Assembly (NCBI GenBank): GCA_037446135.1
Contig: JBBIJD010000038.1
Location: forward strand, 1-17,132
Reading direction: 5' to 3'
DNA: 17,132 bases
Origin: Candidatus Fraserbacteria bacterium
GTDB lineage: Bacteria; Bipolaricaulota; Bipolaricaulia; RBG-16-55-9; JANLFV01
Below are positions 1-8,386 of the stretch, piece by piece. The position numbers and the translations under genes are program-made. Position 1 is the stretch's first letter. Each line of letters starts with the position of its first letter. The notes under the pieces are model-generated. The model did no database searches. It was given only the letters and a program-made list of their open reading frames with translations, and was not told where the DNA came from.

Positions 1-194
1 AGATATTCTTCTATATCCTCCAGGCCGTAGATCGTCTTCCGCCGTTCGTAGTCCTCGAGCCAGGCGTCCCTGATCGTATCGTCCCGGCGGATCTCGATGT
101 CGTCGATCCCGAAGTATTCGACCAGCCTCTTGGCCTCGCGCTCGATCTCGGGGTCCTTCACTCGGAAGAGGAATCGCGGGAACTCCGGTGACAT
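1..194 (-). CDS. Small acidic hypothetical protein, 3' end runs off the window (MSPEFPRFLFRVKDPEIEREAKRLVEYFGIDDIEIRRDDTIRDAWLEDYERRKTIYGLEDIEEY...)
   Basis: Not in the ORF track. ATG at 194-192 with SD GAGGTG at 205-200. The frame is open to the window edge, has host-like codons, and starts 14 nt after the MBL gene stop. Confidence 0.85.
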   Translation of the reverse strand, partial: MSPEFPRFLFRVKDPEIEREAKRLVEYFGIDDIEIRRDDTIRDAWLEDYERRKTIYGLEDIEEY

Positions 195-208
195 CGGTTC
201 ACCTCTTT

Positions 209-889
209 TTATAAGACCCGGACCTCGATCCCTGAGCCGGCCAGCCTCTTCTTGAACTCCTCCGGATCGGCCCTCGTCTCCGGCAAGAGGTTATAGTGGG
301 TGGGGATCACGATCTTTGGGGAGATCGCCTTCGCCGCCTCGGCCGCTTCGGGAACATCCATGGTGTAGGTCCCTCCGATGGGGAGGAAGGCTAGATCAAG
401 CGCTTCGCTTTTGAGGGCCGCCATCTCCGGGATCGAGTCGGTATCCCCGGCGTAGTAGAGCCTTTTCCCCTCGAGCTCGAGGATCACGCCCATCCCGAAG
501 CCTTTAGGGTGGAAGGGCTGGCCCGGCGAGCGGAAGCGGTGAGTGTTGTAGGCGTGAATGGCCTTGATCTTGGCGCCTTGGGCTTCTATCTCCTGCCCGA
601 CCTCCAATTCCTGGGCCTTAGCGCCGCCCTTGAGCTCTCGAAGGTTGCACCCCTTCTTGGCCACCACCTCCGTCCCCGGCTTGAGGAGCTGGTTGATCGC
701 CCCGGGGTCGAAGTGGTCGAAGTGAGCATGGGTGCTCACGATCAGGTCCGCCTTCTCCTCGCCCCCCTTGAGGACCTTGGAGAAGGGGTCGATGTAGATG
801 ACCTTCCCCTTACTATCCTTGAGCTGGACCGTCGAATGCCCGATCCACTTGATGGTCAACCCGTCGAGCTTGGTCTCCTTCCCGGCCAT
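209..889 (-). CDS. MBL-fold metallo-hydrolase (UPF0173/UlaG-like), 226 aa
   Basis: Motifs WIGHS, IYIDP, THAHFDH (HxHxDH), AGDT, LPIGG and PTHY. Start moved to ATG 889 because SD AAGGAGGA lies at 900-893. Confidence 0.92.
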   Translation of the reverse strand: MAGKETKLDGLTIKWIGHSTVQLKDSKGKVIYIDPFSKVLKGGEEKADLIVSTHAHFDHFDPGAINQLLKPGTEVVAKKGCNLRELKGGAKAQELEVGQEIEAQGAKIKAIHAYNTHRFRSPGQPFHPKGFGMGVILELEGKRLYYAGDTDSIPEMAALKSEALDLAFLPIGGTYTMDVPEAAEAAKAISPKIVIPTHYNLLPETRADPEEFKKRLAGSGIEVRVL

Positions 890-951
890 GAGTCCTCCTT
901 TCTCTAAGAAGGATAACCTGGATCGCTTCATCGCTGCAACTCGGGCCCGCG

Positions 952-2184
952 CTAAACTAGTCGGTCAAGGCGGAGGGCGAAGAGCGGGACGAGCATCTCC
1001 TCCGGGGCGAGGCCACCGTGGTAGCCCTTCAGGATGAAGTCATCGTAGGGATAGAAGATGAACCCCTGCCCGCGAGCTAAGAGGATCAGATCGCCGATCC
1101 GGGGCCGCCACTCCTCGCTGATGGCCCTCTTCGGCCCGAAGAGCCCCATTCCCAGGGCCTCATCCAATTCGAGGGTGATGAGCCGATCGCTATATCTCCG
1201 CAGATAGCGCTCGAGCGGGCCGAGCTCACCCTCGCGAAGATGGAGGTAGCTCGCGCGGAAGTCGCCCGTCGGGGGCAAGAGGAGGCTGCGCCTCAGCCGA
1301 GGATGCCCCGTGATCGAGAACATCTCCTCTTTCCGGGCCTCGACTTGGCCGTGGTCGGCTGTGATCAGAAGCAGTGAATCGTGGGCAGCCCGCGGGCTGA
1401 GCTTGTCGAAGAACTCCCGCTCGAGGGAGAAGGCGAGCTGGCGCATCTCTGCCTGGAGCTCCTCTTGAGAGGGCCCATAGAGGTGGCCGATCCCGTCGAT
1501 CACGTCCCAGTAGGCACAGATGAAGAGAGGGCCTTCCCCATCCTGCTCCAAGAGCTTCCTCATCTGGACGCAGAGGTCGGAGGAGTTGATGATCGGCCGG
1601 ACCCGTGCGCCGCGGTAGAGCAAGCGCGATAGCCCGCTCTTGTGGAAGGCCAGCTTGAGGAGCACGAAGCTCTTCACCTCCGGGGCGAGCCGCTCGAAGA
1701 CCGTCTTGACCGGGAAGAACCGGCCCGGCTTGAGGCCGAGCTCGAAGAGCCCATCCGGCCTATCGAACCCCTCGGGCGAGAGGCTGAGCATGTTCGCCAC
1801 TAGGCCGAACTCCCGCAAGAAGAGCCGGAAGCCGAGCAGCCCATGCTCCGCCGGGGCTAAGCCGGTGGCAAGGCTCGCCAGGGCCGCGGCCGTCGTGGCC
1901 GGGAAGACCGAGGTGAGGGGAGAGGGCCCCTTCTCCTCGGCCAATCCGGAGAAGATCAGGCTCTTATCCCCCATTAGCGGGATGAGCTGTCCCCACCCGA
2001 GGGCATCGATGATCAAGAGGACGACCTTCCGGACCCCTCTTAGGTCCGGGAGCAGCTCCTCCGGGAGCGGCGGATGGGGCGGCTCTTGCCCGAAGAGCTT
2101 CAGGACCGTCGCCAAGAGATTAACTAGAGAGCGATCCCAGTCCGGGAGCTGCACTTCACCCTTATCCACCAACTCCCGGAGCAT
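952..2184 (-). CDS. Alkaline phosphatase superfamily protein (type I phosphodiesterase / nucleotide pyrophosphatase family)
   Basis: Metal ligands and nucleophile appear intact: LIIDALG, FPATT (Thr nucleophile), DGIGH, TADHG, YHGG. Confidence 0.9.
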   Translation of the reverse strand: MLRELVDKGEVQLPDWDRSLVNLLATVLKLFGQEPPHPPLPEELLPDLRGVRKVVLLIIDALGWGQLIPLMGDKSLIFSGLAEEKGPSPLTSVFPATTAAALASLATGLAPAEHGLLGFRLFLREFGLVANMLSLSPEGFDRPDGLFELGLKPGRFFPVKTVFERLAPEVKSFVLLKLAFHKSGLSRLLYRGARVRPIINSSDLCVQMRKLLEQDGEGPLFICAYWDVIDGIGHLYGPSQEELQAEMRQLAFSLEREFFDKLSPRAAHDSLLLITADHGQVEARKEEMFSITGHPRLRRSLLLPPTGDFRASYLHLREGELGPLERYLRRYSDRLITLELDEALGMGLFGPKRAISEEWRPRIGDLILLARGQGFIFYPYDDFILKGYHGGLAPEEMLVPLFALRLDRLV

Positions 2185-2193
2185 CGTCCTACT

Positions 2194-4542
2194 CTACTTG
2201 AAGAGTGCCTGGGCGACAATGAAGGCGGCGAAGACGACCGAGACCATGCTCATCAGCTTGATCAGGATATTCAAGCTCGGCCCGGAGGTGTCCTTGAAGG
2301 GGTCCCCGACGGTATCCCCGGTGACCGCGGCCTTATGAGCGAAGGTCCCCTTCCCCCCGTAGGCCCCCTCCTCGATGTATTTCTTGGCGTTATCCCAAGC
2401 CCCCCCGGCATTGGCCATCATCACCGCCACGACGAAGCCCGAGGCCAAGGCCCCGATGAGCAGGCCCACAAGGGCCTCAACCCCGAGGAAGATCCCCACG
2501 AGCAGGGGTGTGACGATCGCCATTAGTGCGGGGAGGATCATCTCCCGCTGGGCCGCTCGGGTGACGATGCTCACCGCCCGGGCGCTGTCCGGCTCGGCCT
2601 TCCCCTCGAGCAAGCCCTTGATCTCGCGGAACTGGCGGCGGACCTCTAAGACGATCTTCGAAGCCGCCCGCCCGACCGCCCGCATCGTGAGGGAGCAGAA
2701 GAGGAAGGGGAACATCGCCCCGATCAAAAGCCCGACGATCACCATCGGATTCTCCAGGCTGAGGTTGAAGTTCCGGGCCAGGAAGGTCTCCTGAATTGCC
2801 CGGGGTAACTGCTCGAAGAACTGGAGCTTCTGGACCGGGCTCATCTCGGCGAACCCTGAAGGGGCGAGGTTCTGGGCCTGGAGGAATTCAGCGAACCTCT
2901 GGGTATTGAGGATGAACTTGAGGACCTCTTCCTTGAAGGCTGAGATCAGAGCGAGGGCGGTGAGGGCCGCGCTCCCGATGGCGAACCCCTTCCCGGTGGC
3001 GGCGGTCGTGTTCCCCAGGGCATCGAGTGCGCTGGCCCGCTCGCGGACGATCGGGGGGAGGCCGGCCATCTCCGCATTCCCCGCGGCATTGTCTGCTACA
3101 GGGCCGTAGGAGTCAGTGGCCAGCGTGATCCCCAGTGTGCTGAGCATCCCCACGGCTGCGATCCCGATCCCGTAGAGCCCCATATTTGTATCCTTAAAGC
3201 CATAGGCGAAGGCGTAGGCGGCGAGCGTAGCCCCGGCCACTGCTAGGACCGGGATCAGGGTCGAGAGCATCCCTACTGAGAGCCCGGCGATCACGACAGT
3301 CGCCTCGCCGGTCTGGGCCTGCTCGGCGATCGAGCGGGTCGGCCAATACTTCTGGGAGGTGAAGAACTCCGTGGAGTAGCCGATAATCAGCCCGGCGACG
3401 AGCCCGGCCATGATCGAGCCGTAGAGGCCGATATAGTCCGGCCCCAGCGTGGCGCGGATGATAAAGAACGAGCCGAGGGCGATGATCCCTGCACTCAGGT
3501 AGATCCCAGTCCGGATCGCCCGAAGGAGGACGGCCTGATCAGCCTTCTCTCCCGCCCGGACGAAGAAGGTCCCCACGATCGAGGCGACGATCCCCAAAGC
3601 GGAGATCATCAGTGGGACGGTGAGAGACTCGATCCCGAGCCCCTTTGAGGCGAAGGCCGCTGCGCCGAGGGCCATCGTGGCCACGATCGAGCCGACATAA
3701 GACTCGTAGAGGTCGGCCCCCATCCCCGCGACATCCCCGACATTGTCCCCGACATTATCGGCGATCGCCGCGGGGTTGCGGGGGTCATCCTCCGGGATCC
3801 CTGCTTCCACTTTGCCTACGATGTCCGCCCCCACATCTGCGGCCTTGGTGTAGATCCCCCCGCCGACCCGGGCGAAGAGGGCCACCGAGCTGGCCCCGAG
3901 CTCGAAGGTGACCATCGTGCTCGCGATCGTCCGGATCTTCTCCACCATCTCGAGATCGCGATAGAGCCAGTTGAGGATGTAATACCAGATGCTGAGGTCC
4001 AGGACCCCGAAGCCGACGACCATCAGCCCCATAACGACCCCGCTGGAGAAGGAGATCCTTAAACCGCCGTTGAGGCTCTCGCGGCAGGCATGGGCTGTCC
4101 TGGCGCTGGAGTTGGTGGCCACGATCATCCCGACGAACCCGGAGAGGGCGGAGAAGAACCCCCCGGTGAGGAAGGCGAAGGGGACCGGCAGAGCCAGGTA
4201 GCCGTTGATTACCATCACTCCAAGGATCGCTGACATCACCAGGAGGAAGATCCCTAAGACGACATACTGGCGTTTGAGGTAGGCCCAGGCCCCTTGGCGA
4301 ATGATCTTAGCGATCTGCTGCATCCTCTCGGTCCCCTCGCTCTTGCGCAGAATCGTCCACACGAGATATCCCGCGAAGAGGAGGGCGATGATCGAGCCGA
4401 CGGGGGCGATCCAGATCAGGTTCAACTTCGGATCATGTGGCTGGTCTCCTGTCCCACCGGCCCCGAGGGCAACGAGGAAGGCGAGCGAAATGACGAGAAA
4501 GGCCAAAGCAAAGAGCATCCCCCGCAAGCGAGTCCGTTTCAC
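2194..4542 (-). CDS. hppA: Membrane-integral ion-pumping pyrophosphatase, K+-dependent and Na+-translocating (probable Na+,H+-PPase)
   Basis: Motifs [40 protein letters not shown] and [20 protein letters not shown] (Ala514) marks K+ dependence; DLYES carries the gate Glu280. GTG start with SD AAGGAGGAG. Confidence 0.97.
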   Translation of the reverse strand: MKRTRLRGMLFALAFLVISLAFLVALGAGGTGDQPHDPKLNLIWIAPVGSIIALLFAGYLVWTILRKSEGTERMQQIAKIIRQGAWAYLKRQYVVLGIFLLVMSAILGVMVINGYLALPVPFAFLTGGFFSALSGFVGMIVATNSSARTAHACRESLNGGLRISFSSGVVMGLMVVGFGVLDLSIWYYILNWLYRDLEMVEKIRTIASTMVTFELGASSVALFARVGGGIYTKAADVGADIVGKVEAGIPEDDPRNPAAIADNVGDNVGDVAGMGADLYESYVGSIVATMALGAAAFASKGLGIESLTVPLMISALGIVASIVGTFFVRAGEKADQAVLLRAIRTGIYLSAGIIALGSFFIIRATLGPDYIGLYGSIMAGLVAGLIIGYSTEFFTSQKYWPTRSIAEQAQTGEATVVIAGLSVGMLSTLIPVLAVAGATLAAYAFAYGFKDTNMGLYGIGIAAVGMLSTLGITLATDSYGPVADNAAGNAEMAGLPPIVRERASALDALGNTTAATGKGFAIGSAALTALALISAFKEEVLKFILNTQRFAEFLQAQNLAPSGFAEMSPVQKLQFFEQLPRAIQETFLARNFNLSLENPMVIVGLLIGAMFPFLFCSLTMRAVGRAASKIVLEVRRQFREIKGLLEGKAEPDSARAVSIVTRAAQREMILPALMAIVTPLLVGIFLGVEALVGLLIGALASGFVVAVMMANAGGAWDNAKKYIEEGAYGGKGTFAHKAAVTGDTVGDPFKDTSGPSLNILIKLMSMVSVVFAAFIVAQALFK

Positions 4543-4585
4543 TTCTCTCCTCCTTCAAAAGCGAACTGGCTCCGAAGCTTGGGGT

Positions 4586-4614
4586 ATTATAGCACCTCGG
4601 TCAGGAGGGGACAA
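4586..4614 (-). promoter_or_regulatory. sigma70-type promoter for the hppA operon
   Basis: Minus strand TTGTCC (4614-4609), 17-nt spacer, TATAAT (4591-4586), with extended -10 TGcTATAAT. Confidence 0.8.
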
Positions 4615-4649
4615 TGACCCAGCTCAACCGCCTTACCATCCGATGAGGC

Positions 4650-4678
4650 TTGACTTCGGCCTACAGTTCCCCTATCAT
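4650..4678 (+). promoter_or_regulatory. sigma70-type promoter P1 for the PKD lipoprotein
   Basis: TTGACT (4650-4655), 17 nt, TATCAT (4673-4678). Confidence 0.65.
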
Positions 4679-4683
4679 AGGGC

Positions 4684-4711
4684 TTGACAAAGAGAGGGCG
4701 CTGTGTATAAT
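4684..4711 (+). promoter_or_regulatory. sigma70-type promoter P2 for the PKD lipoprotein
   Basis: Consensus TTGACA (4684-4689), 16 nt, TATAAT (4706-4711). Confidence 0.85.
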
Positions 4712-4852
4712 ACCGAATTAAGTTGGGGCGCGGTTTATGTTGGTCCTGTGAAAGCGGTGGTGAGCTCCCTAGTCGGAAAGGAGGGATAGACAAGAGGGAA
4801 GATCATCAATAGAGCATGAGGATATTCTGAATGTGGCCAAGGAGGTCTGTTT

Positions 4853-5503
4853 ATGAATAGGATAAAGTCTGTTTCCTTGATGGCTCTCCTGATCTTTGCG
4901 TTGATCCTGGGTGGCTGTGCCGGGAATAAGCCCCCGACAGCCTCGATCGATAGCCCGAAGGACAAGGCGGAGTTGACGAACAAGGTCGTCGACTTCAAAG
5001 GGACGGGGACTGACCCAGAGAAGAAGCCCGTGACTTACGCTTGGGACTTCGGGGACGGGACGAAGGACACGACCCAGAACCCCAAGCATACCTATGCCAA
5101 GGCGGGGAGCTACACTGTCACCCTGACCGTCACCGACGATAAGAAGAAGACGGCCACAGCCAAGATCACGATCACGGTGAAGAATGGCACGCCGACGGCC
5201 AAGATCTCGGCCAATCCCACTAAGGGCCAGGAGCCCCTGGCCGTCCAGTTCGATGGGACCGGCTCGAGTGATCCGGACGACAAGATCGCCAAGTATGAGT
5301 GGGACTTCGGCGACGGGACGGCCAAGAGCACAGACCCCAAGCCGAAGCATACCTATGAGAAGGCCGGAACCTATACGGCGACTCTGACCGTCACCGACAA
5401 TGAGGGCGCCACGGCTAAAGCTACAGTCACGATCACCGTCGAAGCTCCGCCTCCACCACCTGCTCCCACTGAGACACCTCCTGCTACTCCACCGGCCGGC
5501 TAA
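4853..5503 (+). CDS. Lipoprotein with two PKD domains and a Pro-rich C-terminal tail
   Basis: Signal peptide with lipobox LGG-C22. Two WDFGDG...P.HTY...G.YT..LTVTD repeats, then the tail EAPPPPPAPTETPPATPPAG. SD AAGGAGG. Confidence 0.93.
   Translation: MNRIKSVSLMALLIFALILGGCAGNKPPTASIDSPKDKAELTNKVVDFKGTGTDPEKKPVTYAWDFGDGTKDTTQNPKHTYAKAGSYTVTLTVTDDKKKTATAKITITVKNGTPTAKISANPTKGQEPLAVQFDGTGSSDPDDKIAKYEWDFGDGTAKSTDPKPKHTYEKAGTYTATLTVTDNEGATAKATVTITVEAPPPPPAPTETPPATPPAG
5042..5401 (+). repeat. Intragenic duplication encoding the two PKD cores (about 5042-5140 and 5300-5401)
   Basis: Shared DNA blocks tgggacttcgg.gacgggacg, aagcatacctatg and ctgaccgtcaccgac.at. Confidence 0.85.
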
Positions 5504-5549
5504 GGCCTAACGAGACAGGCTCCAACGAGTGAGCGAAGGAAGCGGAAGC

Positions 5550-5596
5550 GCCGGCGGGCCTGATTTTAGGCCCGCCGGCTGGCTTATCTCTTTCTT
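5550..5596. terminator. Intrinsic terminator hairpin between the convergent PKD lipoprotein and amrS genes
   Basis: Perfect 12-bp stem GCCGGCGGGCCT (5550-5561) / AGGCCCGCCGGC (5568-5579) with a 6-nt loop, followed by pyrimidine-rich TTATCTCTTTCTT on +. Confidence 0.8.
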
Positions 5597-6624
5597 CAGA
5601 GCCCGACCCCAGCGATCTGGGCCCCACAGTTCGGGCAGTGACCGGCTTTGAGGCTATAACGCGAGATGGAGAAGCCCCAGCGCTCGATCAAGAGATCCCC
5701 GCAGCTAGGGCAATAGGTGTTCTCGCCCCCCTCGCCGGGGACATTCCCCTCGTAGACATAGTGCAGGCCCTCCTCGAGCCCGATCTCCCTGGCCCGGCGG
5801 AGCGTCCCCACGGGGGTCGGGGGGAGATCGAGGAGCTTATAATTGGGATAGAACCGGGTGACATGCCAGGGGATCGCCGGGTCGACCCCCTTGAGGAAGC
5901 GGGCGATCGCCCTCAGTTCCTCCTCCGAATCGTTAACCCCGGGGATGATGAGGGTCGTCACCTCGACCCAGATCCCGAGCTCCCGCATCAGCTTAACTGT
6001 ATCGAGCACGGGCTGGAGCGTCGCGCCGTAGTAGTGGCGGTAGGTAGAGTCCTTGAAGGCCTTGATATCGATATTGATCGCATCGAGGTAGGGTGCGATC
6101 GCCCTTGTGGCTTCCTCGGTGAGATAGCCGTTGCTGACGAAGACATTGGCGAGGCCACGCTCATGGGCTAGCTTGCTGGTGTCGTAGGCGAACTCGAAGA
6201 AGACCGTCGGCTCGACATAAGTATAGGAGATCGATTGGCAGCGGTAGCGAGCGGCATCGGCCACGATCTCCTCGGGGGTGAAGCTCCCGCCGACGATCTC
6301 ATCCTCGTGCTCCCTGGGGTATTGGGAGATCTCCCAGTTCTGGCATTGGCGGCAGTGGAAGTTGCACCCGACCGTGGCGATGGAATAAGAAGCTGAGCCG
6401 GGATGGAAGTGGAAGAGCGGCTTCTTCTCGATCGGGTCGACCGCCCTCGAGACGAGCCGCCCGTAGACCAGGCTGTAGAGGGTCCCATCCCGATTCTCCC
6501 GGACCCGGCAGATCCCCCGCTTCCCCGGGAAGATGAGGCACCGGTGGGCACAGAGGCGGCAGCGGACCTTCCCCTCACCGAGCCGCTCATAGAGCATCGC
6601 CTCTTTGGCCGTCTCGACTCGCAT
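5596..6624 (-). CDS. amrS: AmmeMemoRadiSam system radical SAM enzyme (PFL-activase-like)
   Basis: N-terminal CRLCAHRC...GICRVR, then DPIEKKPLFHF, GCNFHCRQCQNWEISQ (CxxxCxxC), PWHVTRFYP, and C-terminal CPSC...CPNC. Confidence 0.93.
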   Translation of the reverse strand: MRVETAKEAMLYERLGEGKVRCRLCAHRCLIFPGKRGICRVRENRDGTLYSLVYGRLVSRAVDPIEKKPLFHFHPGSASYSIATVGCNFHCRQCQNWEISQYPREHEDEIVGGSFTPEEIVADAARYRCQSISYTYVEPTVFFEFAYDTSKLAHERGLANVFVSNGYLTEEATRAIAPYLDAINIDIKAFKDSTYRHYYGATLQPVLDTVKLMRELGIWVEVTTLIIPGVNDSEEELRAIARFLKGVDPAIPWHVTRFYPNYKLLDLPPTPVGTLRRAREIGLEEGLHYVYEGNVPGEGGENTYCPSCGDLLIERWGFSISRYSLKAGHCPNCGAQIAGVGL

Positions 6625-6632
6625 CTAATCTA

Positions 6633-6866
6633 TCACTCCTTGCGGAGGCGCTCGAGCTCCTCCTCTACCCTCTTCAATTCCTCGTCCAGCTCGCGACGAT
6701 AGTCCTCTAAGTCCCGCTTGTAGTCCTCGAGCATCGTCCTATACTCCTCGCGGCTGGGGAAGCCGAGCCCCCAGCCAGGGCCGAACCTCCAGGGCTTCCC
6801 GAACCAGAACCCGAACCCCGGCGGGAAACCGAAAGCGAAGGCACAGAACTTCCGATGGCCCCTCAT
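6633..6866 (-). CDS. Small protein with a Gly/aromatic low-complexity N-half and an acidic coiled-coil C-half (DUF5320-like architecture)
   Basis: SD GGAGGTGA at 6882-6875. GFPPGFGFWFG...GWGLGF is followed by heptad-like EEYRTMLEDYKRDLEDYRRELDEELKRVEEELERL. Tightly packed between its neighbours. Confidence 0.85.
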   Translation of the reverse strand: MRGHRKFCAFAFGFPPGFGFWFGKPWRFGPGWGLGFPSREEYRTMLEDYKRDLEDYRRELDEELKRVEEELERLRKE

Positions 6867-6892
6867 CTCAGGCTCACCTCCTAAATCCTATC

Positions 6893-7987
6893 CTATGTCT
6901 CCCAGCTCGCCAGGCGCTTCAGGGCCTCCAGCTTCTCTCTCCGGCCGAGCTCGGCCTCCTCGATGGCCCTCCTCAAAACCTCGATCGTCCGGTCATAGCC
7001 CCGCTGATCGACAGGATAGGGATGGCCGTCCTTCCCGCCATGAGCGAAGCTATAGCGGGCCGGATCGCGCCAGTCCAGCTCGGCGCCGTAGACTAGCTCG
7101 CTCAGCAGGGCCAGGGCCCGGATGGTCTTCGGCCCGACCCCCTCCAGGCTCAGGAGCGCCTCAAACCCCTCAGGCTGGCGCTCATAAGTCTTGAGGAAGA
7201 TCTTCTCCAACCGCTGTGGATGAATGTCTTGGAGGAGCAACTGATGCCGCGGCGGGAGCGAGAGCCCTCGGTCTTGGACCTGGACTTGGAGCCGCTCCAA
7301 TTCCTTGGCCAGACGCTCAGGCCGCTCACAGGCCAGCTCGGTGCTGACCCTTCGGGCCTCGCCGCTCACCCTTGAGACCAGATTGAGCGCCTCGCCCCGG
7401 CGATCACAGCAGATCGCGGAATGGGGCTCCTCCACGAAATTGAAATCGGGCCGAAGCCCCCTCAGCCAGTGGTAGCGACGGGCATAACCGGTCTGCTCGT
7501 TCATCCCCTGCTGGACCACAGCCCAGTGGCCCTCTCGGTCGAAAATGAACAGATGATGGTAGATCTGGTAGCCGTCCTGGATGGCAGAGCTATCGACCTT
7601 AGCGCTCATCCGGCTGGCATAGACTAGCTCTGCCGGGTCGACCCTCAGCTCCTCGCCCCAGCCCACGATCTCCTGGGGGGCCTTCCTGGAGGTCGCCCCC
7701 TTCCCCCCGGCGATGAAGAGGCCGAGGTCCTTCTCTAAGCCGCGGATCCCCTCCTTCAAGGCCGCGCCGGTCGTGGTAGTCAAGCCGGAGGAGTGCCAGT
7801 CGAACCCGAGCAATGAGCCCAGAGCCTGGAACCAGAAGGGGTCGGCGAGCCGCTCCATCAGCCCGATAGGCCCGAACTCATCGACCATGAGGATCGCGAT
7901 CTGGCGGGCCAGCTCGCGCATCCTTTCGAAGAGCCAACGCGGCGTCTCACCATAGTGTAGCGGCAGCTCCGCCGTCCCCGTGCGCAT
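6893..7987 (-). CDS. DUF763 family protein, 364 aa
   Basis: Typical N-terminus MRTGTAELPLHYG, plus DPFWFQALG..LGFDWHSSG.TT, AKVDS.AIQDGYQIYHH, VVQQGMN....ARRYHW and SFAHGGKDGHPYPVD. LEGVGPKT is HhH-like. Start trimmed from 8158 to ATG 7987. Confidence 0.92.
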   Translation of the reverse strand: MRTGTAELPLHYGETPRWLFERMRELARQIAILMVDEFGPIGLMERLADPFWFQALGSLLGFDWHSSGLTTTTGAALKEGIRGLEKDLGLFIAGGKGATSRKAPQEIVGWGEELRVDPAELVYASRMSAKVDSSAIQDGYQIYHHLFIFDREGHWAVVQQGMNEQTGYARRYHWLRGLRPDFNFVEEPHSAICCDRRGEALNLVSRVSGEARRVSTELACERPERLAKELERLQVQVQDRGLSLPPRHQLLLQDIHPQRLEKIFLKTYERQPEGFEALLSLEGVGPKTIRALALLSELVYGAELDWRDPARYSFAHGGKDGHPYPVDQRGYDRTIEVLRRAIEEAELGRREKLEALKRLASWET

Positions 7988-7995
7988 CCTACCAT

Positions 7996-8024
7996 AGTTT
8001 AACGAACTTCTTGAGTGAAACCAA
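7996..8024 (-). promoter_or_regulatory. Candidate promoter for the DUF763 operon (near-leaderless transcript)
   Basis: Minus strand TTGGTT (8024-8019), 17 nt, TAAACT (8001-7996). It ends 8 nt before ATG 7987, which has no clear SD. Confidence 0.45.
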
Positions 8025-8064
8025 GCCTTGTCGGCTTGACTCTCAAGCTCTGACATGCTAGACT
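8010..8064 (+). promoter_or_regulatory. sigma70-type promoter for the toxin island, overlapped by a nested inverted repeat
   Basis: TTGACT (8036-8041), 17 nt, TAGACT (8059-8064) with TGn extension. Inverted repeats CTTGAG (8010-8015)/CTCAAG (8042-8047) and CAAGCC (8022-8027)/GGCTTG (8033-8038). Confidence 0.7.
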
Positions 8065-8113
8065 TCAGTTCGCTCTCCGTCCGTTGCGGAGGGCTGACAA
8101 GTGAGGGGTAGGA

Positions 8114-8323
8114 GTGCATGATGAGGGCAAGGATTGGAGCTGGGAAGTTATTCAACAAAACGCAGGGTTACCAGAGGCAAAGATAGATGCATTAATGCGA
8201 GATGTCCAAATAAGAAGAGAGGTCAAAGAGTTCGTGCTTTGTGATCTGGTCAGTGATAAAAAGCTGGACATTATGACACCCGAGCTCCATCCTTATATCT
8301 CTATTTCGACAGGCTCTCGCTGA
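8114..8323 (+). CDS. AT-rich orphan ORF, 69 aa (hypothetical protein or remnant)
   Basis: GTG start after GAGGGG, downstream of a good promoter. GC is about 43% in 8161-8280. No recognisable family. Confidence 0.4.
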   Translation: MHDEGKDWSWEVIQQNAGLPEAKIDALMRDVQIRREVKEFVLCDLVSDKKLDIMTPELHPYISISTGSR

Positions 8324-8386
8324 GTTGATTATCTCAGTAGCCTCCCATGTGGAGGTCTACAAGATCCCCAGCCGGGTGGCCCTGAA

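Noticed and set aside
893..913. Small hairpin partly covering the SD of the MBL gene
   Set aside because: Short bulged stem in low-complexity sequence; could easily be chance.
890..931. N-terminal extension of the MBL ORF to 931
   Set aside because: A strong SD sits inside the extension, directly before ATG 889.
509..4687. Plus-strand ORFs antisense to the hppA operon (e.g. 509-907, 1640-2338, 2375-2794)
   Set aside because: Shadow frames of high-GC genes, with Ser/Arg/Pro-rich translations and no motifs.
7988..8158. 57-aa N-terminal extension of DUF763
   Set aside because: The family N-terminus begins at MRTGTAELPLH, and the extension runs across promoter elements.
8260..8327. GHYDT, resembling an M28 peptidase motif, in an alternative frame
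   Set aside because: Short frame bounded by stops, with no other peptidase motifs.
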